Source of the DNA: Gemmatimonadaceae bacterium
GTDB taxonomy: Bacteria; Gemmatimonadota; Gemmatimonadetes; Gemmatimonadales; Gemmatimonadaceae
NCBI GenBank assembly: GCA_040901985.1
Contig: JBBDYC010000002.1
Span: 102,457 to 165,654, forward strand
Direction: 5' to 3'
DNA: 63,198 nucleotides
In this document: piece by piece, positions 57,543 to 63,198 of the stretch
Layout: each line of letters begins with the position of its first letter
Position numbering within the stretch: position 1 is the stretch's first letter
The notes under the pieces: model-generated
Seen by the model: only the letters and a program-made list of their open reading frames with translations
Databases searched by the model: none
Told to the model about the DNA's origin: nothing
Made by a program: the position numbers and the translations under genes

Positions 57543-58240
57543 CGAAGCGGCTCCCCTAGATACGCGTGGGCGATATTCTCGGCCGCGACAGCCATCGCTT
57601 GTCCTGACCGAAGCTGTTCGCTCGCTGTTCTTCCCGCGTTGTGCCGCGCTGGATCGAATCGCATGCCCCACGCATGCCCCAACAACTCATGGGCAATAAT
57701 AGAAGCGAAATCGTTATCGGCGTAGTCTGTGGTTGTGCTGAAACAATTCCCGTTGCGGTCACGCGAGAAGTAGCCGCCCCTAAGACTCAGATCAAGGCCT
57801 ACCCGACGAGCCCACGGATAGTAGGCCGACTCCGCGCCCGAGACGCCAACGTAGTACGTTTGGCCATCTTCATGCAACTGGGTGAGTCGACGCCGCAGAA
57901 ACTCCGCCCGCACCGAGTTGGAGTCGGTAACGGCTATGGACTTAATGCAACCGAAGTCGTCGACCTCGATCTTTGATCCAGTGGCGCGCTCAGTCTCGCG
58001 AACGAGCCGACTGCGCTGCGCCGATCCAAAGCACACTATGAATCCTGATGGGTCAGAATTGTTGACAGGGTCTCCTGCGGCGTATCCATATTGGTTCAGT
58101 CCTCCTTTCAGCCCGATCGGGTCGCGCTGCGTGAAGCGGCCCGTTGCTGGATCGTAATACCGATTGCGCACGTACTGCAAGCCGCTCGCGTCCGCCTTGC
58201 CGTCCAGGAGGCTGCCATACCAGCTGACCTCGGCCGGGGG
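57530..58240 (-). CDS. Orphan Rhs core tail plus HExxxH metallopeptidase-like toxin (5' truncated)
   Basis: WYGSLL...SGLQYVRNRYYDPATGRFTQRDPIGL.GG.NQYGYA.GDPVN.SDPSG, then IIAHELLGH...AENIAH...GEPLR. 5' boundary approximate. Confidence 0.85.
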   Translation of the reverse strand, partial: PPAEVSWYGSLLDGKADASGLQYVRNRYYDPATGRFTQRDPIGLKGGLNQYGYAAGDPVNNSDPSGFIVCFGSAQRSRLVRETERATGSKIEVDDFGCIKSIAVTDSNSVRAEFLRRRLTQLHEDGQTYYVGVSGAESAYYPWARRVGLDLSLRGGYFSRDRNGNCFSTTTDYADNDFASIIAHELLGHAWGMRFDPARHNAGRTASEQLRSGQAMAVAAENIAHAYLGEPLRCKY

Positions 58241-58429
58241 CTCGATCCGAGTGTCATTCCCCGGACAGATCCCTCGCGTAGCGGTACGGATCGTCCGGGC
58301 GCGTGAAGACGTCGGTGTGGTGGTTGCCCCGGGTCGGGGCTCGAGTCCGTGTACACCCGGGGGTGTGTCCGCGTCGCCTGCTAGGCGTTCCCCGGAACCG
58401 GAAACGTTGTGTTCGTCTCGACGAAAGCT

Positions 58430-58453
58430 GGGACAACGCAACGTGCTTGTCCC
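58430..58453 (-). terminator. Hairpin downstream of immunity gene 58473-59120
   Basis: gggacaa-cgcaacgtgc-ttgtccc; weak U-tract. Confidence 0.35.
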
Positions 58454-58472
58454 GCGCTGCTTCCAGCATGCG

Positions 58473-59120
58473 TCATCTCAGGAGTATGGTGTGCTGCACA
58501 CCGATACCAGTGAGTGCCGCGATGTCCCGCGCCAACTGCGCGGCGGAATCGGTACCTACTGGGCACGGGAAATACCGTACGTGCCGTTCGCGACCTCTAC
58601 GACGGTCGATCAGTAGATCAAAATCGCCCTGGACGCAAGAATGCGCTGCGGTGTGCTCAGGTGCCTCGGCAGCGAAGAGCGTGACAATTCGGTCGACGAG
58701 CGATACGATTTCCACCTCCGTCATTCCTAGAAGAAGGTCGCAAGTTGCGATGCCACCATATGCAACCGTCGCCGAGCCGACACGCAAGGAACCTGGCCGG
58801 CATACCTGGAGCAATAGGAGCGAGTCCAACTGATAGCCAGCAGGTCTTGTCGCCAACGACAGCGTCTCAAGTATCAGAATGCCGCGAAGCTCTGGTGACT
58901 GGTCACCTCCGACCTGCATCTGAACCTCCACGCGCGGCGAGCAACCGGAACATCCGGCGACCACGCGCCACATAGTTCGTGCAGATGCGGCGTCAGGATG
59001 GACGACACTCTCTTCAGATGGATTGCCCGCTTCAGCGCGTTCGGTGCCCCGATCGCAGGCAAGTGCCGTACCAGCAAGAGCAAGCGAAACAACGAAGGAC
59101 CGCGTCTTCGCCGTGGTCAT
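58473..59120 (-). CDS. Putative immunity lipoprotein (Cys-rich)
   Basis: Lipobox ALAC; ATGA overlap with the toxin stop. Confidence 0.65.
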   Translation of the reverse strand: MTTAKTRSFVVSLALAGTALACDRGTERAEAGNPSEESVVHPDAASARTMWRVVAGCSGCSPRVEVQMQVGGDQSPELRGILILETLSLATRPAGYQLDSLLLLQVCRPGSLRVGSATVAYGGIATCDLLLGMTEVEIVSLVDRIVTLFAAEAPEHTAAHSCVQGDFDLLIDRRRGRERHVRYFPCPVGTDSAAQLARDIAALTGIGVQHTILLR

Positions 59121-59682
59121 GGCCGTGTACCGTCGGGTTTCGTAGTTGAAGGCGTATAGGGACCGAGGTCATCGTAGTCGGTACGGTCTCGCAATCCTAT
59201 TTCAGCGTGCACCAGGTTCTGCATGTCCACGCCACAGGCCTCTCGATTCTCGCCGATGCAGTTGGCTGGCGTACCGCGACGCATCCCAGCAACCGCATGC
59301 GAGAACTCATGCGCGTACACGGCTTCCCATTCCATTTCGCCATTTCGCCGAACTCCCTCACTGTTTAGAAGAATGGTCCCCGAACCGTTGCCGTTGCCGG
59401 CGTAAAACCCACCCCCGAGTTCTGCCACCAGTTCTTCTTCATATTCTCCAAGCGTGTTGCGAATAACGAGGGTATCTGGCGAGTTAGCGGCGAGATTGTA
59501 CCAGCGCCTGAAGGTTGCGGACTTGCGAGTTAGCCTCCAAATGCGTTGCCGATGGCTTTGCGAAAGGTCGCGATCATCAATGATGAGCCCAAACGGATCC
59601 GCGTGATTGACCGGGTCCCCGCCCGCATACCCATACTGGTTGATGCCGCCGGCCAGCCCAATCGGGTCGCGCTGCGTGAACG
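59117..59682 (-). CDS. Orphan Rhs core tail plus HExxH metallopeptidase-like toxin
   Basis: FTQRDPIGLAGGINQYGYAGGDPVNHADPFGL, then VYAHEFSHA...E...QN...EIGL..R..Y. A possible TTG start lies at 59695. Confidence 0.85.
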
Positions 59683-59821
59683 GCACCAATTCCAATCACC
59701 AAGCACCTGGCATCACCACCATACTATACAGGCTAGGCGAACCCACTTCCGCAATCCTCCCCCGAACCAGCCGGTTCAGCTACGCGTCCGGAGGAATCCG
59801 CTTCTTCCGTCTGTAAAGCAT

Positions 59822-59921
59822 CGACGGCTCTCGTCGCTCGGCTTTCGATCGCCGGTGCAATACGAGGCGCATGTGCTTAGGGCAGGCTAACCTAGATGTC
59901 TACCTGAGCGGGTGAACTCCA
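59822..59921 (+). mobile_element. IS3 remnant: OrfB C-terminus plus right IR, inverted relative to 57075
   Basis: SSLGFRSPVQYEAHVLRAG* followed by ...gagcgggtgaactcca. Confidence 0.85.
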
Positions 59922-59952
59922 CCCGTTCCACACATCCCCGCCGCTGACTTGG

Positions 59953-60450
59953 TCACCGACAGTGACTGAACGCCTGCATTCTGTACGATCGCGCGACGAC
60001 GGAGTTCGCGCGACTCGCAATCGTGTCGAGAAGCGGCCGATGCAGCGCGCGCAACGCCGTGAGCTCGTATTGACCAGGTAACAGTCCACGAAAGGAGAAA
60101 CCTCCGTCGAAACTCGTTCTCGACTCAAGAACCTCTGAGTGCGATAGCAGGCGCAGTCGAACTACCACATCGGGAACGGCAAAGCCAGAACCGAAGTCGG
60201 CTACTGTACCCACTACTGTAGCGCTACCGTCGCGCGGAACTGGAGGCTCGAGGAGAACCGGCACAACTCGGTCGTGCTGGAGTGCCGTGGGATAACACCC
60301 GTTCTCTGCTTCCGCACCTGCGACCGGTCCCAAGCGTGTCGCAACAAATGAACAGCCGAAAACAGCGGCGAGTGCACAGAGCGCCACGACTTGCAGCCTC
60401 CAAGGTCTGTTTCGAAATGGCAACTCTGGATTGCGTATAATTCCGCGCAT
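59953..60450 (-). CDS. Putative immunity lipoprotein with carboxypeptidase-regulatory-like domain
   Basis: Lipobox VFGC; GTVADFGSGFAVP...DGGFSFRGLLPGQY; TGATG coupling to the toxin. Confidence 0.7.
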   Translation of the reverse strand: MRGIIRNPELPFRNRPWRLQVVALCALAAVFGCSFVATRLGPVAGAEAENGCYPTALQHDRVVPVLLEPPVPRDGSATVVGTVADFGSGFAVPDVVVRLRLLSHSEVLESRTSFDGGFSFRGLLPGQYELTALRALHRPLLDTIASRANSVVARSYRMQAFSHCR

Positions 60451-61070
60451 CAGTGAGTTCCGCATGCGTAGCGCCTCGGCCGACCCTGTGAGTGATGAAT
60501 CTCGTTTTCCCAGTCCATCGCAGCATCAGGATTCAGCGTGTGACCCAGTTGATAAGCGGGATGACCAAATTCGTGAGCGGTCATAGACTCCTCTGTGTTG
60601 CGGGTCTGACTGTTTTTCTCGCAGTTACCGCGCGCATCATGCGTGTAGTACTTTCCGAATCTCAAGGCAAAGCGGTTAAGGTCGATAATCAAGACAAGGT
60701 CTCCGGTCGCTAGGGTACCACTGCTGAGTCGACTCTGTGTCGGTCGAAACAGTGACCACCGAACGTAGATTGTTACCTCTCTGCTCTCCGCCAACTGCTT
60801 GAAAGCCGTGGCCCGATCGGTAACGGGGCCGACTATGACAACGTTCTTCGCGCAATTGTCGTCATCCAAATCAAACGTCGTGCCAGTCGCGCGCTCGGTC
60901 GCGGCCCTCTGTCGGAGGATGGATTCTTTGCTTCCCCGAAAACAGACCCTCTCTCCAAAAGGGTCTGAGTGGTTCACCGGGTCGGCCTCGGCGAAACCAT
61001 ACTGGTTAAGTCCACCAACTAGCCCAATCGGGTCCCGCTGCGTGAACCGCCCCGTCCCCGAATCGTACCA
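60450..61070 (-). CDS. Orphan Rhs core tail plus HExxH metallopeptidase-like toxin (no start before the core)
   Basis: In-frame TGA, then WYDSGTGRFTQRDPIGLVGGLNQYGFAEADPVNHSDPFG, then MTAHEFGH...WENEIH...GRPRRY. Confidence 0.85.
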   Translation of the reverse strand, partial: WYDSGTGRFTQRDPIGLVGGLNQYGFAEADPVNHSDPFGERVCFRGSKESILRQRAATERATGTTFDLDDDNCAKNVVIVGPVTDRATAFKQLAESREVTIYVRWSLFRPTQSRLSSGTLATGDLVLIIDLNRFALRFGKYYTHDARGNCEKNSQTRNTEESMTAHEFGHPAYQLGHTLNPDAAMDWENEIHHSQGRPRRYACGTH

Positions 61071-61105
61071 TCAGGTGCGGGTGTACCGCACCCGCCCGGC
61101 GCAGT

Positions 61106-61699
61106 TCATCGGGCTCGAGGAAAAGGCCCCACCACCGCCTCGGCACGCCGGGCGACGCGTTCAAGTTCGTCGAGCACCTCCGGCGCCTCTTTGAGCTTCG
61201 CCAGTTCGCTGAGGTCGGCCCAGAGTTGCGGCCAGGCCAGTGCGCCCTTCTGCCGCACGAGGACTCCTTCGATGTCGACCCAGTCTTGCGGTCGACCAGC
61301 GAATGCCTTGTGCACCACGAGGTCCGTCGCCGTGCAGGTCCGCAGGACGGCCCCGTGCGCCAGCTCCGCGTCAGTCGCACGGGCGATCGTCGCCTCCTCG
61401 AACGGCATCGCCCCCAGCGCCACATCGACGGCGAACCCGTCCGCCGTGCGGAGCAACAGGACCCGATGCTGCCGCGCGAAATCCGCGGCGTCCGGGATGC
61501 GGGGATCAAGGTCCTCAAGCAGGGCGGTGATTACCGGCTCCTCGCCGCCGAAGCCGGCCAGCACGGTCAGGTCCAGATCGTTCGTGAGCCGCGGCGTTCC
61601 CCAGCGGAAGTTCGCGATGCCGCCGATGAAGCAGAACCGGAAGCCGCGCGCGACGAGTCCGGCCTGCACGCGGGCGCCCGCCTGCAGCAGCGATCTCAC
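61106..61699 (-). CDS. AbiEii/MenT1-like nucleotidyltransferase, putative toxin
   Basis: IGG.A....PR.T.DLD, VD, T..DLVVHK and RPQD..D motifs; GTGA overlap with the small upstream gene. Confidence 0.8.
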   Translation of the reverse strand: MRSLLQAGARVQAGLVARGFRFCFIGGIANFRWGTPRLTNDLDLTVLAGFGGEEPVITALLEDLDPRIPDAADFARQHRVLLLRTADGFAVDVALGAMPFEEATIARATDAELAHGAVLRTCTATDLVVHKAFAGRPQDWVDIEGVLVRQKGALAWPQLWADLSELAKLKEAPEVLDELERVARRAEAVVGPFPRAR

Positions 61700-61923
61700 C
61701 GGCGCAGGGCCCGCGCGAAGAGCCGCTGCTGCGCCACCAGTCCCGAGGACCGGTCCACCGGCTCCGCGCGCACGCGCGCCCACAGTGCCTCTTCGAGCTC
61801 GTCGGCGACCCGCCAGAGATCGACCGCCTCAAGTTCTCGGGCCCGCACGCGCGCCAGGGCAGGGCCCGCCGCTCGCCACTGCGACATCCACGCCTGCGCC
61901 TGAGCCTCGGTCGGCTTGATCAT
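61696..61923 (-). CDS. Small helical protein, putative antitoxin
   Basis: 75 aa, translationally coupled upstream of the nucleotidyltransferase. Confidence 0.65.
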   Translation of the reverse strand: MIKPTEAQAQAWMSQWRAAGPALARVRARELEAVDLWRVADELEEALWARVRAEPVDRSSGLVAQQRLFARALRR

Positions 61924-62115
61924 GGACGAAAGGTACCACGCCCGCGCCCGGCACGCCCAAGACTCTGAGGCGCACGCGAGCGTACGCCATCGCGGTGCAG
62001 GCCAAACCGCCGCGGCAAAACGATAGGTTAGGCCTGAGTTTGCAGGGCCCTTTCAGGTTCTCGGCACCCAGGACTTGGCCAAGCGCAATCAGCCACCTGA
62101 CCCGCCCATTCGCCT

Positions 62116-62640
62116 TCACTGTGGCGTGGCGCTGAGCATCCTCTGAACCTCCTCGAGCGTGCGCACCGCTCTGCGATACGCACTGTCTGCCTGCAAGCGA
62201 AGTGCTGAACCGGAATCCGCCAGTTCCTGCGCACGCTGGAAGGCGCCGACGGCCTCCCGTTGGTCGTCAAGATTCCACGAACCAAATCCGCGATACGCGC
62301 GACGTGATGCAACCGCTCCACGCAAGTACCAGCCCTGCGCATTGAGAGAATCCGTCGCCAAGGCAAACCGCAGAATCTCGGCCGACGATGAGAAAACCGC
62401 ATAACGCAGGTGTTCGTCTCCCTCGGTCTCGCCGGTCGAATCCGAGAACAACTTCCGCGCCGCAAGTTCTTCGCGCTCAAAAATCTCCCGAGCGAGATCG
62501 ACAGGATCTTCGGACGCACCGCCCGAGGTCGTCCTATGCGTGCCGTTTGCCGTGGGCCTCTGTTCATTTCCACCCGCGCATGCCGCAAGAGCGGCCACAG
62601 TAAGCATAGAAGTAGCGATCCGTCTGGCGCTGCGTGTCAT
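62116..62640 (-). CDS. Putative immunity lipoprotein (TPR-like helical)
   Basis: Lipobox LAAC; ATGA overlap with the toxin stop; A.GWYLRG...A..AFQRAQEL. Confidence 0.65.
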   Translation of the reverse strand: MTRSARRIATSMLTVAALAACAGGNEQRPTANGTHRTTSGGASEDPVDLAREIFEREELAARKLFSDSTGETEGDEHLRYAVFSSSAEILRFALATDSLNAQGWYLRGAVASRRAYRGFGSWNLDDQREAVGAFQRAQELADSGSALRLQADSAYRRAVRTLEEVQRMLSATPQ

Positions 62641-63179
62641 GGATTCTTCCTCTCGGGCAGCCCCGGGGTAGTCTCTCCAGCGGCGTTCTCGTTCCAGGTG
62701 GCTTTTCGATTCTTGATGTCTACGTGGGTATGCGGACCATGCTTTGCTGACCCCTCGTAGTACCCAACACCATTGAACAGACCGCTTTCGTTCGCCTTGT
62801 GGGCGAGCTCCAGATTGTCCATCCCTACGACGTGAATGTCGGCTCCCTCTCCGGACAAGTGCGGGCTTTCGAGTGCGCCCTCCACACTGCGGTTTGACGC
62901 AGCCGTGCGGTCACCGGAGTTCTGGCCATTGAGCACCACGTCCCTGCCTACGTGTTGAGCGAACTGCTCAAGGCGCTCCCGCATCCGAGGATTCGACAGT
63001 GTCGCCCCGTTCAGAATGACAGTGCAGTCCGCCGTGTTGTTGTCTCGCGGCGGGCACAGTCCAAATGGGTCACTGAAATTGATGGGATCCCCACCCGCAT
63101 ACCCATACTGGTTGATCCCCCCCGCCAGCCCGATCGGGTCGCGCTGCGTGAAGCGACCCGTCGCCGGATTGTAGTGCAA
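62637..63179 (-). CDS. Orphan Rhs core tail plus peptidase M15 (DD-peptidase/Hedgehog fold) toxin
   Basis: YNPATGRFTQRDPIGLAGGINQYGYAGGDPINFSDPFGL, then SG.R....N..V.GA..SPH..G.GAD...GVGYY...HTHVD. Confidence 0.87.
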   Translation of the reverse strand: MHYNPATGRFTQRDPIGLAGGINQYGYAGGDPINFSDPFGLCPPRDNNTADCTVILNGATLSNPRMRERLEQFAQHVGRDVVLNGQNSGDRTAASNRSVEGALESPHLSGEGADIHVVGMDNLELAHKANESGLFNGVGYYEGSAKHGPHTHVDIKNRKATWNENAAGETTPGLPERKNP

Positions 63180-63198
63180 GATTCAATCGTAGGCAGAC

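Noticed and set aside
59696..59820. Possible gene remnant between the Rhs cassette and the IS3 scar
   Set aside because: Short, interrupted by stops, and no family recognised.
61950..62035. GCCTAAC/GTTAGGC suggesting an integron attC site, with the recombinase as IntI
   Set aside because: No convincing complementary R'/L boxes, no similar site after the other cassettes, and the recombinase lacks the IntI-specific insertion.
57900..63170. Repeated ~100-bp segments as a CRISPR array or DGR template/variable repeats
   Set aside because: They encode the Rhs core tail and are spaced by kilobases. No cas or reverse transcriptase gene is present, and differences are not adenine-specific.
1..63198. 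Hundreds of long alternative-frame and antisense ORFs (for example 20545-23070 -, 24763-27381 +, 49544-52111 -)
   Set aside because: Arg/Ala/Pro-rich shadow ORFs expected at this GC content. They overlap well-supported genes and carry no family motifs.

Overview
High-GC bacterial window; the gene repertoire suggests Gemmatimonadota, which is an inference. Bases 1-37150 and 45868-52957 are a gene-dense metabolic backbone. It holds many exported peptidases and amidohydrolases, a GNAT/N-succinylamino acid racemase/M20 triad, a plant/Chlamydia-type FabI, EttA, a xanthine-to-ureidoglycolate purine catabolism operon with PuuD, and an unusual PepSY-TM/serine hydrolase/D-aminoacylase triple fusion. 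Two accessory regions stand out. (1) 37159-45867: an ECF sigma, a zinc-finger membrane anti-sigma and a TPR-CHAT (caspase-like) protease are transcribed divergently from a 7x Ig-repeat lipoprotein gene that is split by an IS30 element. The same GTCACG-N15-CGAC promoter-like motif points at the Ig gene and at the anti-sigma/CHAT genes. (2) 52954-63198: a lower-GC island with a truncated secretin, an IS3 element plus two orphan IS3 ends, an intact XerC/D-like tyrosine recombinase, a MenAT1-like toxin-antitoxin pair, and an array of truncated Rhs C-terminal toxin cassettes. The four readable toxins are metallopeptidase-like and each is coupled to a lipoprotein immunity candidate. No rRNA, tRNA or CRISPR array was seen. 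All family calls come from motif recognition by eye, not database searches.
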